Positions 1 through 9,267 of a stretch of DNA of 64,000 nt are shown piece by piece. The notes beneath the pieces are model-generated. The model saw only the letters and a list, made by a program, of their open reading frames with translations. It was not told the DNA's origin and did no database searches. This stretch comes from a virus, in the IMG/VR virus record IMGVR_UViG_3300025928_000007, positions 5,114-69,113 of that record; one strand, given 5' to 3'. The stretch's first letter is position 1. Each line of letters starts with the position of its first letter. A program made the position numbers and the translations under genes.

Positions 1-107
1 GCTAGCCGGATCACCACGCCCGCGCTGGGGTGGACCTCCGACTCGATGATGGCCCGGCGGACGAAGTCCGTCTCCTCAGCCTCGACGGTCTGGATGATGA
101 TCCGCAT
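1..107 (-). CDS. Hypothetical protein, partial (runs off window start)
   Basis: ATG at 107 overlaps the upstream stop (TGATG); open frame MRIIIQTVEAEETDFVRRAIIESEVHP... to the edge. Confidence 0.55.
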   Translation of the reverse strand, partial: MRIIIQTVEAEETDFVRRAIIESEVHPSAGVVIRL

Positions 108-727
108 CAGCCCACGTCACATGCTGAGGAACTGATCGTCCTCGACCATGCGCATGGCGGCAGGTTCCCGCCGTTGTCCGTCGCCAGGGAGTCCATCGCG
201 GCGGCGAAGGCGTCATAGCTGGCCTGCTGCTTGCTGGTCATCGCGTGGACGTTGCCGTTGGTCTCGCACTGGTTCGGGTTCTGGTCATAGCCCGGGTTGA
301 TGACGGTGCAGAAGTCCTGGCCATGACCGATGCCAACCCAGAACGCCTGGAAGTTCTGCGGTGGGTTGCTGGTCGCGTTCGGCACGATGGTGGCGGCCTC
401 TACCCAGTCAAGGCCGTCAGCCGGGTGCTTGTCCCAGTTATATGAGTTGAGGTTGTGCGACCAGTACAGCGCACCACCCGACACCGACTGGTTGATGCAC
501 TCGTAGGCCACATGGGTGGACAACTGCACGCCGTGGTAGTCGAAACAGCCCTTGAGGCTGGGCAGGGAGTTCGCCTGTGCCCGGGTCAGGGTCTGGCTGG
601 CCATCGCCTGCTGGACTGTCTGGCCATGTGCCGATGGTGCGAACATGGACTGGGCTGATGCGGCGATGACCATGATAGCCGCGAGGGCAAGAAGGAACTG
701 TAGCGGGTGCCTGACTGCCTTGTGCAT
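107..727 (-). CDS. Secreted hypothetical protein
   Basis: 206 aa; basic N-terminus, hydrophobic stretch and AxA sites (Sec signal); several Cys in mature part. Confidence 0.75.
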   Translation of the reverse strand: MHKAVRHPLQFLLALAAIMVIAASAQSMFAPSAHGQTVQQAMASQTLTRAQANSLPSLKGCFDYHGVQLSTHVAYECINQSVSGGALYWSHNLNSYNWDKHPADGLDWVEAATIVPNATSNPPQNFQAFWVGIGHGQDFCTVINPGYDQNPNQCETNGNVHAMTSKQQASYDAFAAAMDSLATDNGGNLPPCAWSRTISSSACDVG

Positions 728-730
728 TGT

Positions 731-1429
731 CTACTCCGTGGATCTCTCGCTGATGCCAAATGGCTTGGACTGCATCGTGGCCATTATACCCTTGGCCGCT
801 TCGAACACCCTCAGGCGATCCTCTCGCAACTCCGTCTCGCGTGGGCCGGGCGGGTTTCCCGCACGGCGGGCTGGGCTATGGGTATAGCCTTCAATCTGCC
901 TATCGAGGCTGGCGAGTCTCCCGAGCAGTTTCTCGATGCGCTGCTGGAGGACGACCTCGGCGGCCCTGGCGAGCATTTCCCGGTTTGCGGCACGGACCAT
1001 ACCGATGCCCTCGACGTAATACGAGACGCGCGGATCACCAAAGGTGCGGATTTCTTCGATGCGTGGTGGGTCGCCCAGGATCATAGGTGGGACCTGAGCC
1101 TGTGCGAGATAGCGCTTGCGGATTTCGTTGATTGTCTGCTGAGTCGCCGGGGCAGGAACGGTGATGATCTGCGGGCGGTCCTCGGGGAACGCCATATAGT
1201 GCTCCTGCTGTGCCTGGTCCTCGGCCTTAAGGATCAGGTCCAGGACCGGGACACCGGCCCAGTTGTCCGCGTAGCGGTATAGCTGTGCGTGCGGGTTGCC
1301 GGGTGGTGTGACCACGCGAACCGACATCGCCCGAATCGCCTGGCGAGCCCGGACCACCCTCAGCCAGGCCCAGCCGGTGGCGTACAGGAAGATGATCAGA
1401 GGGATGAAAATCCGGAAGTATTCGACCAT
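731..1429 (-). CDS. Hypothetical membrane-anchored protein
   Basis: 232 aa; N-terminal TM (IFIPLIIFLYATGWAWL); GAGG RBS; ends 3 nt before next gene. Confidence 0.7.
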   Translation of the reverse strand: MVEYFRIFIPLIIFLYATGWAWLRVVRARQAIRAMSVRVVTPPGNPHAQLYRYADNWAGVPVLDLILKAEDQAQQEHYMAFPEDRPQIITVPAPATQQTINEIRKRYLAQAQVPPMILGDPPRIEEIRTFGDPRVSYYVEGIGMVRAANREMLARAAEVVLQQRIEKLLGRLASLDRQIEGYTHSPARRAGNPPGPRETELREDRLRVFEAAKGIMATMQSKPFGISERSTE

Positions 1430-1501
1430 GGCCTCACCCTATCAACCGGGACCGGCGGGTACCTCAGCACCGGTATGCTACCCTTGCCTGTGCCGGGGCA
1501 C

Positions 1502-1693
1502 AGTAGTTAATGATCATGAACTACTAGCCCTATAGAAGAAAAACCGGCTCCGCCGGTTTTTCTTAAGAACTTCTATTACTCTTAAACGGATCATGAACAG
1601 AGTTCATGATCCTCAAAGAACTCTATAGCTCTTGTTCTTTATAAGTATAACACCCACCGTTCTATAACCAACGGTTCTCTCTCTTAGAACCGG
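1502..1693. other. AT-rich non-coding cluster of inverted repeats (candidate replication origin or control region)
   Basis: 38% GC by hand count (73/190 over 1501-1690); stems at 1502-1525, 1536-1564, 1588-1612, 1615-1640, 1656-1675, 1672-1692; lies between divergent genes. Confidence 0.6.
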
Positions 1694-1787
1694 TCCTCGG
1701 GCTATCGCCCTCGTCCCGGCCCCTATGCTAGACTAGCTTCGAGACGGTGGCGATCAGCCACCACCGAGGCACGAGAGGCGAGCCACC

Positions 1788-1943
1788 ATGGCCAAGGACC
1801 CCAAGCCCACGACGCTGACCAACGTCCACGTCAACGTCACCAACCTCCGCAACACGAAGGGGTCGGGCAAGGCGACCCAGATCCAGCGATCCGGTGCCAC
1901 CGGCACGGGCGAGGTAACACCAAGGAAGGCGAGGCGCGCATGA
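1788..1943 (+). CDS. Small basic hypothetical protein (51 aa, not in ORF track)
   Basis: AGAGG RBS; MAKDPKPTTLTNVHVNVTNL...RKARRA; stop overlaps next start (ATGA). Confidence 0.55.
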   Translation: MAKDPKPTTLTNVHVNVTNLRNTKGSGKATQIQRSGATGTGEVTPRKARRA

Positions 1944-3355
1944 GGAAGATCGTTCTAACCATTCTGATGGGCGTGGGACTGCTCACTGGAATCGGCATGC
2001 AGGCGGCACCGGCATTTGCGGGCACCGCCGCACACCACGCACCGCACGCCACAACCCGCGTGGCTCCGCCACTCCCGGCCGCTCAGACGGCCTCGTGCAC
2101 ACAGGGGCACCTCGACTACGGCGTCGGCAGTGTGACCATCAGTGCCGACTGGGAACCACCGGGTTCCTGTGGCTGGCATGTCCGCACGTGCTCGCTGGAC
2201 TCGACCAACACCTCCCGGTGTGGCGGGTTCGTCAAGGCGACCGAACTGGTCACCACCAGCCCGCAGGCGAATGGCACCATGGCCGATGGATGGCTTCAGC
2301 AGTACCTCGACAGCACACACCCGCAGCGCTGGTGCTGGGATGTGCTGGGGCAGGTATCCACCTCATGGCACAAGTGCAGCGGCAAGGGGTTCGGCCCTCC
2401 GGTGCACACCACCGCCGCTGGCATGACGCTCCAGCCAGCCGGGCACACGACCGTCGATGGCAAGCGCGTGTCCTGGTTCCACATCTGCCTGACGCACTCC
2501 AACGGAAGTCACTGCATCACCGCCAATGGCGTCGGCCGTGACCTGTCACTCGCCGCTGGCAGCGGCAACAAGTGGCAGGCCATTCCTGAGCGCTCAGACG
2601 GCAGAATCGCCTGGCAGAATGGCAGTGGCAACTGCATGACGGTTGACGGTTCCACTGGTGGCGTGCAGGCTGCGGGCAGCGGGTGTGCGGACGTTACGTC
2701 GGAGGAGTGGTTTGTGGGCGGGAGTGGCAATCTCACCTTCAACAACGTCGGCACCCAGAACTACATGGGCACCAATGGTGACGCCGCCGGGAAGCTGGTG
2801 TACGCCCACCCGGCACACACCGGGTTCTTCCGTGGGTGGACAACCTTCTCCTGCTGCCTGAAGACCACGGCGGCACACACCACCGGCAAGGCAGCGGGTA
2901 TCACACTCGATGCCTTCACCGCACGCCGTGTGCCTCAGTCGGGCCACCTGAAGGAGTCCTTCGGCGCGGGTTACTACGTCGGCACGCCATCGCTCAACTA
3001 CGGCTCAGGCGTCAGCGAGGAGTTCGGCGGACGGCAGATGACCTTCTTCCCCGATGGCAACTACTGCGCACCGGACGGGAACTGCTACACGCGCGGAGTG
3101 CTCGACTTCACCAGCGGCGCGAACAACTGCGCACAGGCCAGCGGGACCTCAGTCCTGGTAGCCGAGTGCTCTGGCGTTCCCGGCATCGAGTGGGCCGAGA
3201 AGATCGTCAGCGGCCATATCCACTTCATCAACGACAACGAGTCCTCGGCTGCGGGTGCGGACATCTTCATGGGTGGCCTACAATGCGGCTGCCCGCTGAC
3301 GATGGGCCGGGCGGGTGTGCCGTCAGGCGTCCTGCAAGCCTGGGACTTCCTGTAA
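1940..3355 (+). CDS. Secreted multi-domain protein with ricin-B/beta-trefoil lectin-like domains
   Basis: Signal peptide MRKIVLTILMGVGLL...APAFA; ricin-like patterns (NGSGNCMTVDG...CADVTSEEW; NNCAQASGTSVLVAECSGVPGIEW; QAW); Cys-rich. Confidence 0.7.
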   Translation: MRKIVLTILMGVGLLTGIGMQAAPAFAGTAAHHAPHATTRVAPPLPAAQTASCTQGHLDYGVGSVTISADWEPPGSCGWHVRTCSLDSTNTSRCGGFVKATELVTTSPQANGTMADGWLQQYLDSTHPQRWCWDVLGQVSTSWHKCSGKGFGPPVHTTAAGMTLQPAGHTTVDGKRVSWFHICLTHSNGSHCITANGVGRDLSLAAGSGNKWQAIPERSDGRIAWQNGSGNCMTVDGSTGGVQAAGSGCADVTSEEWFVGGSGNLTFNNVGTQNYMGTNGDAAGKLVYAHPAHTGFFRGWTTFSCCLKTTAAHTTGKAAGITLDAFTARRVPQSGHLKESFGAGYYVGTPSLNYGSGVSEEFGGRQMTFFPDGNYCAPDGNCYTRGVLDFTSGANNCAQASGTSVLVAECSGVPGIEWAEKIVSGHIHFINDNESSAAGADIFMGGLQCGCPLTMGRAGVPSGVLQAWDFL

Positions 3356-3399
3356 GCCGGGAGTAGCTTCGAGGTAAGCAAACCCTAACCATCTAGCCA

Positions 3400-3441
3400 G
3401 TTGTGGCCCTCCGCTCGATCCTGTAGCGTGGGGGCCACAAC
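3400..3441 (+). terminator. Strong stem-loop without U-tract (terminator or processing site)
   Basis: gttgtggccctc ... gggggccacaac, between the 3355 stop and the RBS of the 3459 gene. Confidence 0.5.
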
Positions 3442-3458
3442 GTTCTGGAGGAACAGAC

Positions 3459-3704
3459 ATGAAAACATTCGAGCAGTACGTGGAGGCGGCGGAAGCCGAG
3501 GCCACGCACTCCGGACATGCCGACGCCGGGCGGATCTACGCAGAGCTTGCCAAGGCGATGGCCCTGCGCATGTCCGCCGCGACCGCCACCATCGTGGAGC
3601 AGCGGGACACCGAGCGGCTCCGCATCCAGGATGCCCAGGCAGCCCGCCAGGCGTCGGGCAGGCGGCGCACGATACCACCACCATGGGAAGCGGGGCACAT
3701 CTGA
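3459..3704 (+). CDS. Hypothetical protein
   Basis: GGAGG RBS, 81 aa, operon spacing. Confidence 0.7.
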   Translation: MKTFEQYVEAAEAEATHSGHADAGRIYAELAKAMALRMSAATATIVEQRDTERLRIQDAQAARQASGRRRTIPPPWEAGHI

Positions 3705-3705
3705 C

Positions 3706-3969
3706 ATGAACGACGCCGAACGCGAGGCACTGGCCCGCATCGAGCGCAAGCTGGACTGGCTGCACCGGTACCTGACCACCCGTATCGCCAAGCCCGGTGA
3801 CAGTCTCCCCGCCTGGTCCGAGACCGAGCACCCGCGCACCTGTGGCTTCCAGTGCCAGGGCTGCGGGCTGACCATCGCCCACGGCCCTGCGTGCGAGTCC
3901 ATCGTGGCGGTCCACAAGAACTTGCACGGCCTCGTGATCAACCTGGCCACCGGGCGGGAGTGCGGCTGA
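3706..3969 (+). CDS. Small Cys/His (zinc-finger-like) protein
   Basis: ATG 1 nt after previous stop; CGFQCQGC...HGPAC. Confidence 0.65.
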   Translation: MNDAEREALARIERKLDWLHRYLTTRIAKPGDSLPAWSETEHPRTCGFQCQGCGLTIAHGPACESIVAVHKNLHGLVINLATGRECG

Positions 3970-3970
3970 C

Positions 3971-4234
3971 ATGATGACCCCACAGCAGGAACTGATCCTC
4001 GGCGCGGAGCGCGAGGCACTGATGGACAACGACCCCGAGGGAGCGGTCACCGCCTACGAGACGATCCGTCATGCTGCCATCGAGGCGGGGTTCTGCCCCA
4101 TGTGCGGTTACCCGCTCATCAACCGTTCGTGCTACAACCCGAAGTTCTGCGCGATAGAGGGCCGTGGCGTGTACTGGACACCGAACGGTGATGCGCTCAT
4201 ACTGCCCACGCCGCTCGCGCCAGACAAGCCCTGA
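3971..4234 (+). CDS. Small CxxC protein
   Basis: CPMCG...CYNPKFC; 1 nt after previous stop. Confidence 0.65.
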   Translation: MMTPQQELILGAEREALMDNDPEGAVTAYETIRHAAIEAGFCPMCGYPLINRSCYNPKFCAIEGRGVYWTPNGDALILPTPLAPDKP

Positions 4235-4243
4235 CCTGCACGT

Positions 4244-4273
4244 TTGACGACTGTCGTACCCATCCTGTAAGCT
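4244..4273 (+). promoter_or_regulatory. SigA/HrdB-type promoter upstream of rIIA
   Basis: TTGACG-N18-TAAGCT. Confidence 0.65.
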
Positions 4274-4304
4274 CGTCTCAACTTCACCGGACAAGGAGCA
4301 TCAC

Positions 4305-6386
4305 GTGAAGCAGAGCAAGGTCAGCGTCACCGCCATCAGCAACATGACTGGCGCGAAGGTGATGGGCTTCGACCCCCATGGGACCGCCCACATCTTGTCG
4401 ATCCTGAACAACATGTACTCCGACCCCGGCCTGGCCGTCGTGCGGGAGTACGCCGCCAACGCACGCGACTCGCATGTGGAGGCTGGCAACACCGACCCGA
4501 TCCTGATCACCAGCCCGTCCTACCTGAACCCGATCCTCGTGGTGCAGGACTTCGGCACCGGCCTCAGTCCCGATGAGGTCGAGAACGTCTTTGCCGTCTA
4601 CGGCACATCCACCAAGCGTGGTGTCGAAGGCCAGATCGGCTACTTCGGCATCGGCTCGAAGTCCGCCTTCACCATCGGCTCCCAGTTCACCGTGACCGCC
4701 GTCAAGGACGGCGTCATGTCCGTCGCGCTGTTCGCGCTGGACAACGATGGGAACCCGACCGTGAACATCGTCAGCGAGACCGGCACCGACGAGCCGGATG
4801 GTGTCAAGGTCGAGGTAGCGGTCAGTGATGTGGACAACGTCACGAACGCCATCGAGCGCCTGTTCGCCACCTGGCCACAGGGCTCCGTCCTGGTGGATGG
4901 TGTCGAGCCAACCTCGATCTGGGACGATGTGGAGGAACTGGCCGAGGGCGTGCACCTGGGCTGGCGGCCTGCCGCCCACACCAGCGATGGCTTCGTGGTC
5001 ATCATGGGCGGCGTGGCCTACTCCCTGCCGACCTCCGTGGTCGAGACCCTGGACTACCGCCAGAAGACCATTGTCAACAATGTGCGCGCCAGCTACGCCA
5101 AGGTGTACCTGACCGTGCCCCTCGGCGCGGTGGACCTCACCCCGTCGCGTGAAGACCTGCGCGTCACCCCGATGACCACGGCCACGCTGAATGACATGGT
5201 GGACCGTTTCCACAACGCCCTGACACCGTGGATCACGAAGCAGATTTCGGACGCACCGACCCTGATCGCGGCAATCATCGCGGCCGACGACCTGCGCCGG
5301 AAGCTGCCGAACCGGATGTTGTCGGCCGGGCAGGGTCCGACCTGGCATGGCAAGCCGCTGCCGTCGAGCACGGTGAAGATTCCGGCCGAATGGTTCCACC
5401 TGGCCCGGCGTGGCTACTCATCACCAATGAACGCCCGCCGTGAGAGGACTGACTTCGAACTAGTCGCATCCCACACGATGAGGCAGGCGCTGTTCGTGAC
5501 CGGCGTTCCGGAGCGCCGGGTCCGTACCGTCCAGCTAGCGGCGAAGGAGTACATGCTGGCTCACAAGGACAAGGACGACCCGGAGTACACGAACCGGGTT
5601 GTGGCCCTGACCCAGCCCGATGCCGCCTATGCCCGGGAATGGTTCACCCTGTCGGACCCGCTGATCCGGACGATGGACTATGACACCTTCGCGAAGTTCC
5701 GCCCGCTGCGTGCACCTGGCTCCCACCGTGCCGAGATCAAGTATGAGGTGCACGGCTCGAACCTGCGCCAGGCGATGACGGTGCCGGAAATCAACGCACA
5801 CACCGGCAACATCTACTACCTGACCCACTACGAGCGCCCGAACTACACACCGGGCAGCCCGTTCGTGGCGCACGTGGTCGGTAACGGGCTGCTGATCGTC
5901 CTGTCCTCCACCCAGAAGGTCGAGCCCCTGCTCAAGCGGGTGCCCCGCGCGGCCAGCCTGGTGGTCCAGGCACGGGCCGAGGCTGACCGCATCCTGAACA
6001 GTGTCACCCCGGCTGACCTGGATGCGCTGGACGCGGCTAGCTTCCTGCGCAGCATCGACCAGGGCGTCTGGAACTTCCTGGCGGCGAACGAGACGGACAT
6101 CACCCACCAGGCCGTGCTGGATGCGCTGGACATGTTCACCCGCGCTCGCGTGCTGGAGCGTGGCGACCAGTCCCGCGTGGGACTCATCCAGGCCGCCCTG
6201 CGCATCACGCAGCGTAACGCCTCCACCCTCGGCACGTCCACGCTCAACCGGGCCAGCATCGATGTAGTCCTCAACGGCCTGCCCCTGCTGAGCCGGTACT
6301 TCGACCGCGACTGGCTGCGCAGCCCGCTGGGCAACCAGCACGTCATCGCCTACGTCAACATGGTCGGCCAGTCGGCCACCGACTAG
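4305..6386 (+). CDS. rIIA: rIIA-like protein (N-terminal GHKL/Hsp90-like ATPase)
   Basis: MYSD..AVVREYAANARDSH, VQDFGTGLS, YGTSTKR, IGYFGIGSKSAF motifs; followed by rIIB-like gene. Confidence 0.85.
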   Translation: MKQSKVSVTAISNMTGAKVMGFDPHGTAHILSILNNMYSDPGLAVVREYAANARDSHVEAGNTDPILITSPSYLNPILVVQDFGTGLSPDEVENVFAVYGTSTKRGVEGQIGYFGIGSKSAFTIGSQFTVTAVKDGVMSVALFALDNDGNPTVNIVSETGTDEPDGVKVEVAVSDVDNVTNAIERLFATWPQGSVLVDGVEPTSIWDDVEELAEGVHLGWRPAAHTSDGFVVIMGGVAYSLPTSVVETLDYRQKTIVNNVRASYAKVYLTVPLGAVDLTPSREDLRVTPMTTATLNDMVDRFHNALTPWITKQISDAPTLIAAIIAADDLRRKLPNRMLSAGQGPTWHGKPLPSSTVKIPAEWFHLARRGYSSPMNARRERTDFELVASHTMRQALFVTGVPERRVRTVQLAAKEYMLAHKDKDDPEYTNRVVALTQPDAAYAREWFTLSDPLIRTMDYDTFAKFRPLRAPGSHRAEIKYEVHGSNLRQAMTVPEINAHTGNIYYLTHYERPNYTPGSPFVAHVVGNGLLIVLSSTQKVEPLLKRVPRAASLVVQARAEADRILNSVTPADLDALDAASFLRSIDQGVWNFLAANETDITHQAVLDALDMFTRARVLERGDQSRVGLIQAALRITQRNASTLGTSTLNRASIDVVLNGLPLLSRYFDRDWLRSPLGNQHVIAYVNMVGQSATD

Positions 6387-6442
6387 ACTTCTGTCAGACC
6401 CCCGTGGTACTGTGGTACCAAACAACAGGAAGGATCGAGGAC

Positions 6443-7348
6443 ATGCTTCAGATCATGTTCAGCTTCACCCAGGCCGAGAACGGCTCCCAGACCCTCGTAC
6501 TGCTGGGCTCGCTGGGACCGCGCCTGATCCCCGAGTCGCACGCCAACTTCAACGTCATCAAGGACGCCCTGCTTCAGGTCAGTGGGCTCACTCACCTCAC
6601 CGAGGCCGAGGTCTACGAACTGGCCGATGCGGCGACCACGGTCACCGCAACCCTCCAGCGCCTGTCGGAGCGTGTGACCATCCGTGGCAACACGATCTTC
6701 TTCGATGGTGACGCGATGAACTCGCGCCTGACCCGTCACATCATCGCGATGGTCCGCGAGGGCGACTCGAACTACGAGGGCTTCGTCCAGTTCCTGGAGA
6801 ACATCCAGTTGAACCCGTCCGAGGCCAGCCGGGTGGCGCTGTTCGAGTTCCTTGAGCGGAACGACCTGGTGATCACCTCCGATGGCCAGTTCATCGGCTA
6901 CAAGGGTGTCGGTGCTGACGGTAAGTCCATCACGGCGGGCCGCGAGGACGTGACCGTGACCCTGGCGGACGGCACCGTCGAGGTCCACAAGGGCCACATC
7001 CCGTACCCGGTCGGTGCGACCGTCGAAATGGCCCGCAGCCAGGTGGACCCCGACCGGGCCAGCGCCTGCTCCGTGGGTCTCCATGTCGGTACCTTCGACT
7101 ATTCGGGCGGCTGGGCGACCGGCAACGGCAAGCGCCTGACCGTCGCGGTGAACCCCCGCGATGTGGTGGCCGTGCCGTCCGACTCCGGTGGCCAGAAGCT
7201 CCGCGCGCACCGGCTGACGGTGCTGGAGGTCAACGAGACCGGCCAGTACACCGGTACCAGCTACGCCTTCGAGCCCGATGAGGGTACGGAGGACGACTGG
7301 GACACCGAGGTCGAGTGGGACTCCGACAACGAGTACGGCTCGTTCTGA
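6443..7348 (+). CDS. rIIB: rIIB-like protein
   Basis: FLENIQLNPS...LFEFL...ITSDGQFIGYKGV, VEMARSQVDPD...CSVGLHVG, VNPRDVVAVPSD...KLR; ATG with RBS at 6443. Confidence 0.85.
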   Translation: MLQIMFSFTQAENGSQTLVLLGSLGPRLIPESHANFNVIKDALLQVSGLTHLTEAEVYELADAATTVTATLQRLSERVTIRGNTIFFDGDAMNSRLTRHIIAMVREGDSNYEGFVQFLENIQLNPSEASRVALFEFLERNDLVITSDGQFIGYKGVGADGKSITAGREDVTVTLADGTVEVHKGHIPYPVGATVEMARSQVDPDRASACSVGLHVGTFDYSGGWATGNGKRLTVAVNPRDVVAVPSDSGGQKLRAHRLTVLEVNETGQYTGTSYAFEPDEGTEDDWDTEVEWDSDNEYGSF

Positions 7349-7354
7349 CCAGTG

Positions 7355-7396
7355 GCACCGGGGAGCGGCCAGAGTGTCGCCCCCCGGTGCTAAACT
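7355..7396 (+). promoter_or_regulatory. Stem-loop after rIIB overlapping an extended -10 (TGcTAAACT)
   Basis: gcaccgggg...ccccggtgc hairpin 7355-7390; TAAACT at 7391-7396. Confidence 0.45.
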
Positions 7397-7423
7397 GGCA
7401 CTACCAACACAGAGAGGCACGAC

Positions 7424-7699
7424 ATGATCGGGACACACCGCAGGGGCTACAAGATCATCGCAGCCCTGCCGGTCAACGGCAACAGCGAGGGCCACATGAT
7501 CGTCGTGGGCCAGTCGCTCCCCCAACTCAAGGGCCGCCATCAGGCCACGTTCGTGACATGGTTCACGGATGGCCAGGGCGTACTCGACTCGCCGGTCCAC
7601 TACAGCGCGCATGACATCAGCGTCGGCACGCTGCGGAACATGGCCATCGGCAACATGATCAGGCGGGCGGGTCACACCCTCTCGCCCCTGAACGCCTAG
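7424..7699 (+). CDS. Hypothetical protein
   Basis: AGAGG RBS, 91 aa. Confidence 0.7.
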   Translation: MIGTHRRGYKIIAALPVNGNSEGHMIVVGQSLPQLKGRHQATFVTWFTDGQGVLDSPVHYSAHDISVGTLRNMAIGNMIRRAGHTLSPLNA

Positions 7700-7770
7700 C
7701 CATGGAAGACGTAGAGGGCATCCCCGATGATGTCCTGTTCCCCGTACTACCCGCACTCAGGAGGCGCAAG

Positions 7771-8190
7771 ATGACCACCACCGCATTCTCACGGACCTTC
7801 GTCGGCCAGGGCGACCTGGTAGCGGTCGAGGTTCTCGGGCTCCCGAACTCATCCACCGACCCTGTGTTCACCTACCGGGCACACGCTGACCTCGGCGTGG
7901 GTGACCTAGTGCTCGTGGAAGCACCCGCCTGGTCCGTCCGTGTGACCAAGCACACGCAGCTTCCCGGCTTCGTCCTTGGCCCCGCCGACCTGGCTACGGT
8001 GGCGGATCTGGACCCCAGCCAGATCAAGATGACGCTGGCACTCCCGGGTACTCCCGAGGCCGTGTCCTACCTGAACGGCCACGCAGCCGCTACCATCGCC
8101 ACCTGGGATGCCCAGGCCACCGCACTTGAGGGTGCGGCGGGCCACATCCGTGAGGCGATAGCGCTGCTTGAGCAGGCATCGAAGCGCTGA
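7771..8190 (+). CDS. Hypothetical protein
   Basis: AGGAGG RBS before ATG 7771 (MTTTAFS). Confidence 0.7.
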   Translation: MTTTAFSRTFVGQGDLVAVEVLGLPNSSTDPVFTYRAHADLGVGDLVLVEAPAWSVRVTKHTQLPGFVLGPADLATVADLDPSQIKMTLALPGTPEAVSYLNGHAAATIATWDAQATALEGAAGHIREAIALLEQASKR

Positions 8191-8191
8191 C

Positions 8192-8431
8192 ATGGCTGAC
8201 CTGGACGCACTGAGGGCGGAGGCGATGGGTTTGGCCCGTGGCCTGACCGACAAGGCTGCTCTCGGAACTCTCACCCTCCGTGAGGGGCACACGGACATCG
8301 GCCGTATCGGGGAGATCGTCACCGAAGCCTTCAGTGCTGGCCGCCGCGAGGCTCTCGCCCAGCGCGAGACCGCCCTGGCCAACAGCCTCCGTTCAATCCT
8401 GGACGGCGAAGCCATCGCCTACACGCCATAG
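8192..8431 (+). CDS. Hypothetical protein
   Basis: ATG 1 nt after previous stop (MADLDALRAEA). Confidence 0.65.
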   Translation: MADLDALRAEAMGLARGLTDKAALGTLTLREGHTDIGRIGEIVTEAFSAGRREALAQRETALANSLRSILDGEAIAYTP

Positions 8432-8436
8432 GAGAC

Positions 8437-8823
8437 GTGATGGAGAATCCGGCTAGCTGGAAGCGCACGGAACTGATCATCGACCGGGCTATCACCGAGC
8501 ACCGATACATGACCAGCCGGGGAGCCATCGGCCCGAGCCTCGCTCACCTGATCGCTCAGCGTCTGCGTGCGGCGAGTGCCGTCCATGACGATCAGCTACC
8601 GGAGGTAGGCTGGGACCGGCTACGTCGGCACCTGGCCGAGACGGAGGAAATGTTCCCGGCGAATGGTGACATCGAGCGATGGGAGAACGAGGGTGGAGCA
8701 GTCCCACAGTCAGGACGACTACGCGCTGCGCCGCGCCCAGTTCCACCACGCGGTCACGACGGCGGAGCCGAGTCCGGACGATCTCCACAAGACCATGCTG
8801 ATGAACATGACGACCAAGCCTGA
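8437..8823 (+). CDS. Hypothetical protein (WENEGG motif)
   Basis: AGGAG RBS; C-terminal part overlaps the next ORF. Confidence 0.55.
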   Translation: MMENPASWKRTELIIDRAITEHRYMTSRGAIGPSLAHLIAQRLRAASAVHDDQLPEVGWDRLRRHLAETEEMFPANGDIERWENEGGAVPQSGRLRAAPRPVPPRGHDGGAESGRSPQDHADEHDDQA

Positions 8824-8935
8824 GGTGAACCGCGCCATGCTCGCTTTCACCTGGATGCAGCGCTCACCGGACAAGTGGGCTGGCTGGCATCCCGAGCGGT
8901 GCATGGACGTGGCCGAGCAGATGGGGATGACATGA
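8693..8935 (+). CDS. Hypothetical protein
   Basis: Probable GTG start; stop overlaps next start (ATGA). Confidence 0.5.
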   Translation: MEQSHSQDDYALRRAQFHHAVTTAEPSPDDLHKTMLMNMTTKPEVNRAMLAFTWMQRSPDKWAGWHPERCMDVAEQMGMT

Positions 8936-9222
8936 CCTGCTCAGTTAGCCTGATGCACGTGGTGCGCTGCCGTGCGAAGATCGCGGGTGGCTGCCTGGAT
9001 GGTGACACCACCACCGAGGCATTCGGTGAGGATGTGTCGATCATGAATGACTCCACCTTCGTGATGGACGACGATGGCGGCACCATCGTCTGTGACGCCT
9101 GCCTGGTGCGCCTGACCCCGATCCTCGGCACGCTCACCGCGTCCAATGACGAGATTTCTTCGGCGCTGGCGAAGTTTGTCACGCTTAGGGATGGACACCG
9201 TCAGCCCGATCCCCTAGACTGA
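8932..9222 (+). CDS. Small Cys-containing protein
   Basis: ATGA coupling; C..C and CDAC motifs. Confidence 0.6.
   Translation: MTCSVSLMHVVRCRAKIAGGCLDGDTTTEAFGEDVSIMNDSTFVMDDDGGTIVCDACLVRLTPILGTLTASNDEISSALAKFVTLRDGHRQPDPLD
9192..9220 (+). promoter_or_regulatory. SigA/HrdB-type promoter
   Basis: TGGACA-N17-TAGACT, followed by a C/A-only leader. Confidence 0.55.
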
Positions 9223-9267
9223 GTATCAACACAACCAACACAACACCACCAACACAGAGAGGCGAAC

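Noticed and set aside
3357-3400. tRNA-like start (ccgggag-ta-gctt...aagc D-arm)
   Set aside because: No anticodon stem, T-arm (TTCRA) or matching acceptor 3' strand follows
4284-7756. Long antisense ORFs (4284-5399, 5535-6425, 6383-7756)
   Set aside because: Shadow frames of high-GC3 genes rIIA/rIIB; no motifs
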